Assembly (NCBI GenBank): GCA_043228905.1
Contig: JBHGNT010000010.1
Span: 2,852,001 to 2,916,000 of the forward strand
Length of the DNA stretch: 64,000 nt
Reading direction: 5' to 3'
Source of the DNA: Azolla caroliniana
Lineage: Eukaryota; Plantae; Polypodiophyta
Shown: piece after piece, positions 39,201-52,246 of the stretch
Position numbering within the stretch: the first letter of the stretch is position 1
Layout of the letters: every line of letters starts with the position of its first letter
The notes under the pieces: generated by a model
What the model saw: only the letters and a program-made list of their open reading frames with translations
The model's database searches: none
Told to the model about the DNA's origin: nothing
Program-made: the position numbers and the translations under genes

Positions 39201-41278
39201 GGGAGAGATCCCTGACAAAAATGGTTGACTTGATGATTGTTGAAATGACCCCCCCTCCTTGAGCTATAAAAGGAGAGGACGGAGAGAGAGGGGAGGGGAT
39301 TGATCGTTTTTGGGAGAATGAAGTGTTGCTTGTTTGAGCTCTATTTTTTTTGTTTTGTTCGGGGCATCGGGGGAAGGAAAATGAGGCCTCTGTTCGCGCA
39401 GGAAGCCTGTGTGCTCCCGACTAGAGGCTCATTGTTTCTGCGTGTGTGTTGAGCTCAAAGCGACCTTTGCCCCGGTGGCAAAGATGACTACCATTCGAAC
39501 TGTGATTACGCTTGCAGCAGCCAAGGGGTGGCACCTCCATCAGATGGACGTCAAGAATGCCTTTCTACAAGGCGAATTATATGAGGTGTACATGGTAAAA
39601 CCACCAAGCTTCAAGTTGAGCACACACCCACAAGCAGTATGTTGACTCAAAAAGCCTCTCTACAGCCTCAACCAAGCACCTAGAACCTGACACTCGAAGA
39701 TAACCCAAAATCTTCACCAAATCGGCTTCAACATATCCAAATCCGACAACGCTCTGTTCATCCAGAGCGACTCCAGAGGACAAGTATTTATCATAATATA
39801 TGTGGATGATTTGGTCATAGGAGGAGAGCATTTAGCAAACATTAGTCATATCAAAAAGCTTCTCTCTGGTCGATTTGAAATGATTCAAGACATGACAGAG
39901 CTTGACTACTTTTTAAGAATAGAAGTAATTCTGACAACATCATGTTCTCTCAATGACATTATATCCTCAATCTTCTTTACAAGTTTGGGATGACAAAGTG
40001 TAAGCTCGTCGTTACCCCTCTCGATCAAAACTTAAAGCTAGATGCCGAGTTTGGCACAGTAGAGTGTGAGCCGACATTCTATCGTTAGCTAGTCGGAAGT
40101 TTAATCTACCTCACCATTACCCTACTGGATCTCAGTTACCCAGTCAGCCTCCTTTGCCAGTTCATGTAGACTCCACGTGATATTCATCTCGACTATGTTA
40201 AGCGAGTACTAAGGTATGTGAGTGTAACCATGGATTATGACATCCTCTACAAATCGGCCACTCCGATTCGACTCAAAGGGTACACCGACGCCGATTGGGC
40301 CGGCTACAAAGTCGACAGACAAACAACATCAGGATTTGTCTTCTCCCTTGGTATCGGGCCCATCTCCTAGAGCAGCAAAAATCAGCCGACAATCGCACTA
40401 TTGAGCATAGAAGCCGAATACAGGGGCGCAGATGTTGCCACATGTGAAGCCATATGGGTAAAAAGAATCCTAAAGGATCTGGGCGTTCCCGTCACGGATC
40501 CAATTCTCCTCTACTACGACAACATGAGCAATATTCACTTAGCTAGGAACCCAGTCTTCCATGCTCGGACCAAGCACATCGAGCTGCAATATCATTTCAT
40601 CCGAGAGCGTGTCTTGGCTGGAGATGTCGACCTGCAACACATCAACACACACCTACAAACGGCCTGACATCTTCACGAATGCCATGGGAGTCTACAAGCT
40701 ACCACAATTGAAGACGAACTTGGGTCTTTCTATTACCAACCAACGGAGCTTGATGGGCAATATGGATAAGGAGCTACCCGACACCACATCAAACGAAGTA
40801 GAACGAACACAGGAGTGAGGCGAAATCAGAGTTGACTCAAAGCCGACCCCAAGACTGGTCCGAACCAACCATCCAACAACCGGAAGTTGTGTTTGAAGGG
40901 GCGTGTTGAGAATCAAACACAACTTCCATTGTGTGGTAACACACGCTAGGATACTCAAGTGTGTGAACACCCCACCTCCTTGTAATATAACTAGTGGTCA
41001 TAAAAGTTAATATCCTATGACACATATTCTTTAAGTAGTTAGGACTCCACCTCTTTCCCAAGAGACGGTGCTAGTGAGAGAACTTAGAGAAGAATGTGAC
41101 TACATAAGCACCTTCTCCAAGTTCTCTTTGTAACCGGTTGCTTCTTTCTTGCTCTTATCAATATAATTTAATCTTGTTTTCTGTATTCCTTGTGTTCTCT
41201 GTCTATCTGTCTATCTCTCTCTCTCACACACACACACGTATCTCTTCCGTTGTTCAGAATCACTCTCGATTCTTTACA
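35834..41278 (+). mobile_element. Full-length, decayed Ty1/copia LTR retrotransposon
   Basis: LTRs 35834-~36236 and 40904-41278 (TGTTGAGAAT...ATTCTTTACA). TSD atgag/ataag. PPT tgaaggggcg. gag MNTQLGSALPIEKLDRNNF, knuckle CGYCGKFGHYEAEC, PR WFVDSGASNH, LWHKRIGHL, INT IHSDVWGP, RT YVDDL, RNaseH YTDADWAG..ARTKHIE, i.e. copia domain order. Many stops. Confidence 0.95.
38974..39460 (+). mobile_element. LTR-like fragment inserted into the copia pol
   Basis: Starts TGTCATG right after copia ...KVATVREP. Contains TATAAAA (~39265) and poly-G. Copia sequence resumes at ATFAPVAKMTTIR. Confidence 0.6.
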
Positions 41279-42758
41279 ATAAGGAAGACCTAAAACCAAT
41301 TTAACCATAGCATATTGCTTTGATGGAAGAGTTTGTTGAGATAAAGGCATATGCCCTTTTTCTTTTTAGATGTTCCACATATAAATGTCTTGTGTTGTGT
41401 GGGGGTATTGCATCCATCTCGTATGAGGTGTTCCACATACAAGAGCACTTGTATTCATCATGTATAAATAGGATGTAACTTTTCCATGCGAATAACAAGT
41501 ATTGTGCTTATGCTTTATCGTGTATATATTGTGCACATTGCACCCGCTCTCGCAATTAAATCTCACATAACATACCTTCATGCTTTACCTTCGATTTGTT
41601 TAACTTTGACAAAGTCGATCCATATTATCCTTGTGAACATAACATTTGATTGCATACGTCAACAAAATGTTGGCTGTCACCTTGGTCATTGTACACCTAT
41701 CATGTTCCCTCGTGGTTCAATACCTATCATGTTGCCAAAGCCTGGGCATTCAATTCCCAAAATTTCTCACATTGATAATGAGTTCTCATCTAGATTTTAT
41801 AGCTTCCAGTAGCTTTCTTTTTGGATAAAAACTATAGACATCTCTCTTTTGAACAAGCACCATTACTTTTTCCAACAAGATTCATCTACTCCTACCCTTG
41901 CATCTCTTCTTAATGGATGCTTCACATTTATTATTGTACACTTCCACATTCTCACTTATGCATTATGATTCCATTTTCTCCCTCAAGTCATTTTGAGTAG
42001 CTTTCAAACCAACTTGACCCTTACATTTGACTTATCCTTTGATGATCTTCATCTTTTCCCTTTCTCGTCGGATGATCACTTTTAACCCTTATTTAGATCT
42101 TCTGTAAAACTAATTGGCCTTTTCCTATTTTTCTTTCTTTGCACACACGGGCATACACGACACATCACGGCAACGAGAAGAGAACATAACCAACGACAAT
42201 AAAGCACATTAGGCACTCTTCTTGGACGAGAGAGCAAACTCAACAAACAAATAACACAAGGACAAATCAAGCAATTTATGTGTACGTTATTCGGTGGGCA
42301 GTTGTTACTTAATGCTGAAGAGGGGGTTTGAATTCATGTTCACCTATCAACTCACTAGCGGTACATACTGTCATTCATATGAGAATTGTTACAAAACCGT
42401 CGAGAATGAGCAAGCAAGGGAAGAAATGAATGAAGGTGCGGACTCAGTTAGTTAGTAAGGAAGTCATTGATTTGGGAACCTAATCAGGGCACAAATTGGA
42501 CTACGAGAATGTCTACATGTCAATCATGTGGTCAGAGAGCAAGCTAGCTGAAGGTTTGACATAGGAATTAATTAAGGAAATCATCGATCAATCCCACATG
42601 CCAATATAACCCCACATGCCAGTGGGTCGACTAATCGAAAGATTCCAATTGGCCATTCAATGAAGAAAATGCCAGGTGCAATTTCGATACAAATTCTCGA
42701 AGGAAAAATCGTAAGCCCTGCGACGACAATTGGATTAGGGAGCAAGATAATTAAGGAA

Positions 42759-42778
42759 GAATATTCCTCAGTATATTC
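42759..42778. promoter_or_regulatory. Tandem P1BS (PHR1-binding GNATATNC) pair upstream of SPX-MFS
   Basis: GAATATTC-ctca-GTATATTC; both halves match GNATATNC. Lies ~1.9 kb upstream of the ATG and ~0.5 kb upstream of a probable 5'UTR intron donor (~43263). Confidence 0.6.
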
Positions 42779-44682
42779 GTGAGATTGACACCTTAATATG
42801 CAACGAGTGGATTCCACGTTGTAAGAATTTTTTGAAATTTCTAAATTTAAAAAATAAAATAAAAGAATTAAGTCTTATAGAACAAAAATATAAAAAGATC
42901 AAAGAAAAAGGATTAAATAAGCAGAAAATATAGGAAATAAAAAAAAGAAAAAGAAATAGAGCCCCTAAAAATACAGATTTCTTCGAAAAAGAGAATACAA
43001 AAAGGAACTAATTAAAATAAAAAAATATATGAAATCAAATCATTAAATAAAAATTAATTAATTAATTAATTAATTAAATTAAGGAGAAAATCAGACTATA
43101 AGGGCTCTGAAAAATACTGATGATGGGAGAGCTCTTATAAATCATCTGTTTTTCCTTGGTATATCTGTACCTTCAGAAAGCTTAGATATAATTCCTCTCT
43201 CGTATATCTCTCCGACGACGTAATTCAACTCATTCCATCTTTACTTCCCTCAGCATTCACAGGTTTTTTTGGCTCTGAAACACGCCCCAACCATTCCTTT
43301 CAATTCAAAATCAATCAATCTTGTGAATCTGCCGCTCAATTGGGCTTTCCTGATTGTATTCATGCAAAATATATTGATTAAGTCGGTAAAAAACAAAATG
43401 TACATTAAGTTTCCATTCATTAAAGCATTGATTATGATAATTGATTACTCCTTGTTTCAAGAGAAATAATTTGGTGATTAATCAATCGTTGATTAGAGCG
43501 AATGCATGTGGAAGTTTTAATTCTAAGACTTATTTCTCAACTATGTATGGCTGCAAATTAGGTTGATTAGTGTCGAAAGTACACAATATTTAGGCTAAAT
43601 AGAGGCAATCTCCTTATGACCCACATTCTTAGTTATGATCTGCAGAACTGAATCAGACAGGATTTATTGATTTACAGAAGGATTTAAATTTATGAACATT
43701 AATTGGCTGGTTTAAAACATGGAAGAAAATAATAATTATATAATTTTAAATGCAATAAAAAGTAAAGAAAAATGTATTAAATATTTATTTAAAATATAAG
43801 CAGAAACAAATCCGCATAAAATAATGCTTAAAACTGACTTCTTTTTTATAATTATTAAGGGAAAAAAGAGGTCTTTATTTAGCAAGCACTGCTTTTAGCA
43901 TGACGATAGAATAATATATATTACTATCAATTACTTGTACAAATATTATTTAATTTAATTAACAGCGAAACAGGGTATTGAGCGGTGCATATATATACCA
44001 TAAAATTTTAACATTTTGTTATTTCTGGGTCGACTTTTGATGACCTATATAATTAAAGAATGATTTGTTCTCTTAAAAAGAAAAAAGGGCAAATAGAACA
44101 AGAGATTTTTGTAAGTACTTTTTGATGTGTATCCTGAAGAATGATTTCAAGAATGTTACAGATTTAATAGCAGCAGCCCCCCGGTCAGTCTTTTCCTTTA
44201 AACATATATCTGAGTAGTCGCATATGTTCGTGATTTTTCAAGCTATTTTCAACCAGATGAATGAAGAGATGTTTCTTTTGAGTAGAATTAATCTCCCTTC
44301 ATCATGTTAATCAGGAGATGGCCCTGATGTAGCATTCATCTAGCTTCATCAGATTAATCATGAAAGTATTCTTATGTTATATTCATCAAGCTCCATGTGA
44401 TTAATCAGGAGGTGTCTCTTATGTAGCATCCATCTAGTTTCATCAGATTAATCAGGAGATGATTCTTATTAGATCATTGATAATGTGAATGAGAGAGAGT
44501 AAAGGTTCAAACTATGCACGCGTGTGTGTATGCTGATTAAATGTATCAATCTGACATTGAGTTGTTAGCGTAATAATAATGCTTCATCTTGTGAGAAAAT
44601 GGTGTATGTTTTCAATAAACAATCTATTCCTTTTTCCACAGGTCTTACAGTTACAGGTTTCCTCCATCCCCTGTTCGTAGCT

Positions 44683-45350
44683 ATGGTGGGATTCGGAAAA
44701 AAACTGAGAGAAGAACGGATTCCGGAATGGAAACAGTAAGTTTTAATACCTCCCATTACATATTAGATCAGTTTTTCTTTATTTCCCCACCTGTCCCTGT
44801 GTTTTTCTTTGTTATTTCCTTTGATGCCCCAGTTGCAAAGTCACCCACTGAAAAAGAGAAGAGGGGATGAATTGACCACCCTATGATGACCCAAATTATA
44901 TATAGCACATGTAATCAATGGGAAGAAGAAGAAATGTCTCATAAAATATTTGCCCAAATTCAATAGCACTTATAACTGCTCTTGGAATCATGGCCTGTTA
45001 GAGTTACTAACTACATTCGGGGATCGATAAAGAGAAACTTAGGGAGTAGGGGGTTTTCCCAAACCAATATAAATTAGTTAGGCAACATACACATGCACCT
45101 ACACATACATGTGGATGTGTATGCTGTGTATTAGTAATGCTGAATTACTTATCCATATATATTCAATACATACATATATACATTGTCTGTATGTATGTAT
45201 ATATTTATAATGTCTGCAATGGGTAGAACAATATTAGTCAGTAATGTAATATACTTTACCATGCAAATGTACTCCCTTAAATACAATGTCATCATCACAC
45301 ATATAAGGTAAGATATGGTATTGTGTTGTATTACCAAATGTACTAAAGAT

Positions 45351-45381
<31 letters not shown>

Positions 45382-48300
45382 GAAATTATTTCATTACTCA
45401 ATAAATTTTCAAAAACAGTGTTAGCTAATCCATTATGCTTCAATTGACATTGATTTTCAAGGGCATAACAATATCAATAATTCTAGTGAATCATGCTTTC
45501 TCACATGCTAATTTTCCTAATATTGTTGTGTAGCTGATAGGGTATGTTGTGTATCTGTAGCAACATTATTATTTACAAGCTTATGATATATATGAATCAT
45601 TATTTTCCCCAATGTATAATTTGTTTTGATATGATGCTAATCTAAAATTATTGCACTATATCGTGAATATCTAGTGAAGCTGTAATAAATCCATAAATTA
45701 TATTGAGGTAGAGTATAGCTTTTAGTATTTCATCCCGACCGTCATGTGCTACATAGTCCATGTTTGATGCATATGAACCAGGTACTACATAAACTACAAG
45801 CTGATGAAAGGTAAACTAAAGACATATATGGAGAAGTTACAAGAAGGGGCCGATGAATCTGAAAAGGAAGCGTTGAGGAAGCAATTCACAAGGATGTTGG
45901 ATTGCCAAATCGAGAAGATCGTATTGTTCTTAATCGAGCAACAGGGCCACTTGGCGGCTCGTTTATCTGCCCTGGGTGTAGAACGGGAGCTCGCAAAAGA
46001 CAGTGGGGACGATGCACGCATCGCGGCATGTGTGGATGCGTATCGGTCAGTGGGCATGCAACTCCTGGACCTCTTGCATTATGTGGAGATCAATGCAATT
46101 GGGATACGGAAGATCCTGAAGAAGTTCGATAAGAGGGCATCACATCGTCTCACGGACTACTATGTGGCAAGCCGGTCGAACCATCCTTACTCGCAACTGC
46201 AGCAAGTTTTCAGGCACGTGGTCAGTTGCCATACCCATGTGATCAATTCCCTTTTATTATTACCTTTAGCTTGCTACATTATTTTGTGTTTTATTGAATC
46301 AAATGTTTTGAAGTTCTTTTATAAGTCTGGTTCCTAGGTTATATTATGTGATAATTATCAAGTAATCGATTCATCTAGAGACTTGTTTCTGAGGCTACAT
46401 GTCGTCAGTTGGATGTTATATACCTACTTGTTTAGAATTACAGCCCATCCTATTTTGTTGATTCATTTCATAGTCATTTATACCTACTTGTTTCTGAGTA
46501 CTTGTTCTGGAGATCTAGGATTTTAGTTTTGCAAGTAATAATGATTCAAGGAAACTAGTAATATCTAGTTTTGTTGAACACTTTCACAAAAAATCAGAAG
46601 GGGCTTTAGTCTGTCCTTTGATAGGGATCAGTGGTTATAGTGTAGTTATGTGTGTACCTTGGTAAGCCTAGCACTGCAATATGACCAAAATGAAATAGTG
46701 GGATTGAGCTGGTCTGACATAAATTGTCGTATGTGGAAACTTCATGATGTTATGCCGACAGTGGTTTTATAGCTTTTGTCTAAGTGGCAGGCTGAACACA
46801 ATGCCTTTCTTGCCATTATATGCTGGAGATTCATTAATCCAATTTTAAGGTGCCACAAAGTGCTTTCGTAGCTTTCACAGCTAAGTGGCAGACTGGAACA
46901 CAACATGTTCTTTGCTATTATGTGCCAGAAAAGTATTTGTTAGAACAGTTTTAATCACCTGAGTCTATATCTGGTTAATGGGTGAAATGCAGTCATCGTT
47001 AATCTAGTTTAATTTCTCAAGTCAATTGCAATTTACTGCGAGGAAATCAAATCTAGCTTACATCCCCCCAAAACTAGTCAAGTTATTGATTTTAGTCTAG
47101 TCAATTAGTGTAGCTATATTTATGTTAGAAGTCAGCGTGGTCAATCTGGTTTAATCCCCTCACCTAGTCTAGCTATATATACGCTAGTAGTTGATGTGGT
47201 CAATCTGGTTTAATCCCCTCATCAAGTCTAGCTATATTTATTCTAGAAAACTTGGTCAATCTAGAGAGCCAAATTTGGTACTATTCTAGAAGAGTAGTCA
47301 AATATCACAAAGTCTTTCTACTGTATTAGTAAAGTAGTTGAATCCAGCAAACTGATCAATGGGTAAGTCCTTGCTATTTTGCTAGAAAAAAACAAAATCT
47401 AGTTAAATGACATTATTTCTATGTGAACATTCTCATGTTTCCATGGGGATTTGTTGAATATGTTATATTTCTATTTTGCTAGAAAAAAGCAAAATCTAGT
47501 TCTGTGAAACCTAGTCTTTTCTCTGGATTGAGAAGTTAAATGACATTATTTCTATGTGAACACTCTCATGTTTCCGTGGGGAATTGAGAAGTTATTTGAC
47601 ATTATTTCTATGTGAACATTCTTGTGTTTTCATGGGGGATTTTTGAATACGTTATATTCTATGTTTGGTTCTACTACTAGTACAGAAGTTCCTCCTTCCC
47701 TGTAGAGCTTAACTGATCGTGGATAAATCCTCTTCTTAGATTTACAAGTAATATTACCCAGTGCAACCAGAGTATAACCCTCTTTGGACATACTCTGTCA
47801 GTCCTTCGCTTGGAACACAAAAATATTCAGGGTTGAGGATTCTTTTACCACTACTATTTCCCATCTTTTCAATTCAGATCTCTCTTCTTGTTTTAATACT
47901 GATAATACTAGAGGTTATTGGGCTCGTTCTTCGGTAATGTTATTTGGGTTCAAACTATGCAGTTTGTTGTGATTCAACGTGCTGAACATTCCTAATCATA
48001 AGTAGAACTTGTTTTGGATTTTACTAAACCTTTGTTTATTACCATGAGTCTTAATGAGGATGAGTAGCTCACTTGTACACATCCAAGCAGTATGCCCATG
48101 TTGCCTACATGTGTTATACACCCACTTGTCATCATCCTGGAAATTGACGATTCCGTCAAACAGAATCATACATATTTTTGAAATATTTCTGGTAAAGGTA
48201 CCACCTGCATGAAAGTTCTTAATACTAGTTCAGTTCCTGGTTCCTTGAGGAATTGACCTGCAATGGTGCCTGCAGCTTTTCCATGGTCTATTAAATTGTG

Positions 48301-51300
48301 ATGGGTGAGACTCCAACTGTAACACAACGGTCGAATTTTGGATATTAAATTGATTTTGAATGTTGAAGGAGATATGTATCAGTGCATTGATACTATGAAG
48401 TGACTGCCAAGCCCATCACCAATATTTTGATTATGTGAGGCAATATACCTCACACCTGATTAGATATTATCTGTTGGGACACATCCAATCAGTTCTTTTA
48501 TGTGATGCCTTCAGATAGATCTATCCTCAGTGAATAAAAACAATGTTTCTACCAATTTAGTGATCTTTCTCATGGACAATGATAATGTGTCAAACCACTT
48601 CAACAAGGCGATAGTGTCAAATATTAACAATAATGCTATGATCAGAGTCGTCGTGGGAATACACTGCCTCCAGACACTTATTCTTCTGATCAATATTTTA
48701 CTTTGTTGTATGTATCTTATGATTGATTGATTTATAAGTAACTTGAAATATATACAGGGGATAGGAGCCATGGTCGGTGCGCTTACACGTAGCCTAGCAG
48801 AACTGAGAAATCAAACAAGGTCACTTTATGATGAACCTGGATCAAGCTTCCTTGAGGTTAGGTTCTCTTTTCAGCCTAATAGGGTAGATTATAAATGCAT
48901 ATGTATACAATCTAGGTACATGCATACATATGCATATATACGCACATTCATCCACACTTACATATGTTACACACACACAGACACCCAATGCATACATATA
49001 CACACAAGTTTGTTCGTTCACTTACCTGACGTTTGTTTATAATTTTTTATGTCATCAGGATCCAGTCATTTCCTCTATAAAAGTGGCCCAAGAGAGGCTA
49101 ACTGACTCAACCAATTTTCTCAAATTCGTAGCAAAACAACTGCTAGATAAGGAGGAAGAGCGACCGCGGGACGAGGATGACTTTGTGACCAAACAGTATC
49201 ACTTCATGTCTCTACTGCTTAACCTCGGAAACACATTCCTTTATATGGTGAACACATATATAGTTGTGCCCACGGCCGACAAATATTCAGAAAGCCTCGG
49301 AGCTGCCTCTACATTATGTGGTGTTATTATAGGCTCCATGGCTGTGGCACAGCTTGTGTCTTCAGTTTACTTCAGTGCTTGGTCGAACACGTCTTATAAC
49401 CACCCGCTTATTTTTAGTAGTATTGTCTTGCTCGTGGGGAATTTGATGTATGCTGTTGCTTACGACCTCAAATCTCTTCCGCTTCTTCTTTTGGGACGAA
49501 TTTTTTGTGGGTAAGTTCCAACTTCAAAATCACTTAAGGTGTTTGCTAAATATAGATATAAATCTACTTTATAAAAGGTGTTTTAACCATAAGTTTCCCT
49601 ATGCATAGCAACCTAGGATATACATGAGAAACCTGGATTATACAGTATTAGCAATTTTCATTTATTACCTTAACAGTAGGGAGAGTGTTTACTGGTTGGT
49701 TACATGCGTGTAAAAGGTCAAAAAATCCTTAATAATCATCAAAATAGTAGCTTTCAAAGAAATATAACCTGATAAATTTATGAAAAGAAGTAGGTAAGAG
49801 AGAATGTTTTAATTGGTTTCAAAGAAGTTAATATTCAAGTTATCTGTGACGATGTTTTAGTATATTTTCACTGAAGTGTGGCTCTAAAACTTCTTCTGAA
49901 TTATTAAAACATGAAAACAAGTTTAGGACAATGTTGGTAGTTGTATCTTTATGGCTGATCGAGTTAATAGTGGTTCTATGTGGACTTCTAGTAAACTGCC
50001 TTGTTTGTGCAAATAAATTATGGCAAATGTTTAAAATTATCTTGAAAAAGCCAAGATACATGAGACCATGTACAAATATGTATTCAAGTAAAATGTGCCT
50101 ATACTTGCTGATGATTTGAAACTGGCCTGTTTGAATTAGAGCGTCTCGGGATTATAAGAGGATGATTTAAAACTGCTCTGTTTTGCATTTATCATCACCA
50201 GGTTAGGGTCAGCAAGAGCAGTTAACCGACGATATATAAGCGATTGGGTTCCGATGAAGACACGCCTAAAAGCATCGGCAGGGTTTGTCAGCGCCAGTGC
50301 ACTAGGTATGGCAGTGGGCCCTGCACTAGCGGCAGTATTTGAAGTAGAGACAACATTCCTGGGTTTCACCTTTAATGCAAATACACTTCCTGGATGGGTT
50401 ATGGCGGGGGCGTGGCTCATATATATCGTATGGCTTCTCATATGTTTCAAAGAACCCCTTCGAATGCCGAGCAATATTGGTACATCGTCACACGTGAAGC
50501 CGAAATTGAAGCCAGCCACTATCACAACACTTGATAATGCTAATGGTCATGCCGATGTACTACTAGATAAAGGGGTTCTTATTACTCAACCACTTTTAGA
50601 CCCTGTTATGAGAAGTTTTGGGCAAGATATTGGTGATTGTGAAGATGTGGGTGCCGAGAGCACTGATGAGAAGGATGAATCCAATAAGCCTGCTACTTCG
50701 ATCTCTGAAGCGTACAGTCTTCTGACAACACCAGTGAAGGTAAAAAAAAAAAACATTCTGTGAAAATTTTCACATTGATGAAACTAAAAACTAAAGTTTT
50801 TATGAAATTTTCCACTCAAAAGAATTGTCATGATGAAGCATATGCTTGACTTAGTTCCAGCTCATTATTCGATTAAAAACCATACAGCAAACCATACGGT
50901 CTTTCTAACAATGTGTGCAAAGATAAAAATATAAAATATAGAAATGTTTTGATTCTTTGACTAACCATGTATGTAATCATCTTAAGCTCTAAAGACATAT
51001 TTGATGGAACGTAAACATAATCTTCCATATGGGATTAAAATTGGTTCAAAGAACATATAGTTTTGTAACTGTATTAGTGAAGGTAACAAAAATCATATAG
51101 GAAAATTTTCCATTATTGCATTAAAAACTATGTAATGAATCGTATCATATTCTAACAGGACATGGCCTTTAAAGGTTATGAAGGGAATTTTCTTTCTTGG
51201 ATTAGAACCTACGTAATGAAGGATATAATCTTTCATTATCTGATTACAACCATTGTACTATCATCAGTATATACCTCACAATCTTTGTTATACCTTTGCA

Positions 51301-52246
51301 GGTCCAGCTCTTTATCTATTTCATGCTAAAATATGCCATGGAAATCGTCTTGTCCGAATCGAGTGTGGTCACATCATATTATTTTGATTGGACGACACGA
51401 ACTGTAGCAGGATTCCTCGGGCTTCTTGGATTGACCGTGTTGCCCGTTAACTATCTCGTTGGTAGTTATATCAGCAACATATTTGAGGACAGGTAAATCT
51501 AACAAAAACATTATATGTTTCTCAACTCAAAAGCTTATTATGTACATATATACATATATATATATACATGCATACATACATACATACATACATACATGAA
51601 AAGATGAAACTAGTCATAAGTTGGCTTGACGGTATATCTAATCTAGTACTTTTTGAATGTGAATCCATTTTCTTTAAGCTAGAACTTACTTTCTACATCA
51701 TTTTGCATGTTTTAATGCTATGTTTCCTATTGTAGGCAAATTCTTTTTGCATCAGAATTTATCACATGCTTGGGGTTAGCAATCTCGTTTGCTGGACCCG
51801 TGCCATATTCGATAATACAATACGTTATTGGATCATTGATTACCTTTGTGGCAGCAGAAGTTCTAGAAGGCAAGTACTTTGTATGGAATATATAACGAAA
51901 CATGTGTCCGACATTTCATCATCTCTTCATGTGTTTAGTACCAATGTAATATTTTTTGTCATGTCATCAAGCTCATGATATAATTTGGTGTTTTCTTTAT
52001 TAAATAGGGGTGAACTTATCGCTACTATCAAAGGTCATGTCATCTCGGCTTTCTCGAGGCACATACAATAATGGGTTACTTTCCACTGAAGCGGGAACAC
52101 TTGCTCGAGTGGTTGCAGATGCTACTATCACTCTAGCTGGCTACCTAGGAACACGCTATCTTCTAAATGTGACCCTCGCTCCCACATTGCTCATCGGAGT
52201 GGTGGCACTAATATTTACTTCATACTCTTACAACTCTCTTTTCTAA
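44683..52246 (+). CDS. PHT5: SPX-MFS domain vacuolar phosphate transporter (PHT5/VPT family), 8 coding exons, ~714 aa
   Basis: Exons 44683-44735, 45782-46220, 48758-48856, 49059-49510, 50202-50739, 51302-51492, 51736-51869, 52008-52246; total 2145 nt. SPX: [39 protein letters not shown]: [59 protein letters not shown]-terminal YNSLF. Confidence 0.95.
47371..47665. repeat. Intronic imperfect direct repeats in SPX-MFS intron 2
   Basis: tgacattatttctatgtgaaca... occurs three times (~47408, 47541, 47597). ctattttgctagaaaaaa..aaaatctagtt occurs twice. Confidence 0.75.

Noticed and set aside
41290-42820. Short ORFs between the copia and the SPX-MFS promoter
   Set aside because: Possibly TE debris, but I could not assign any diagnostic motif.
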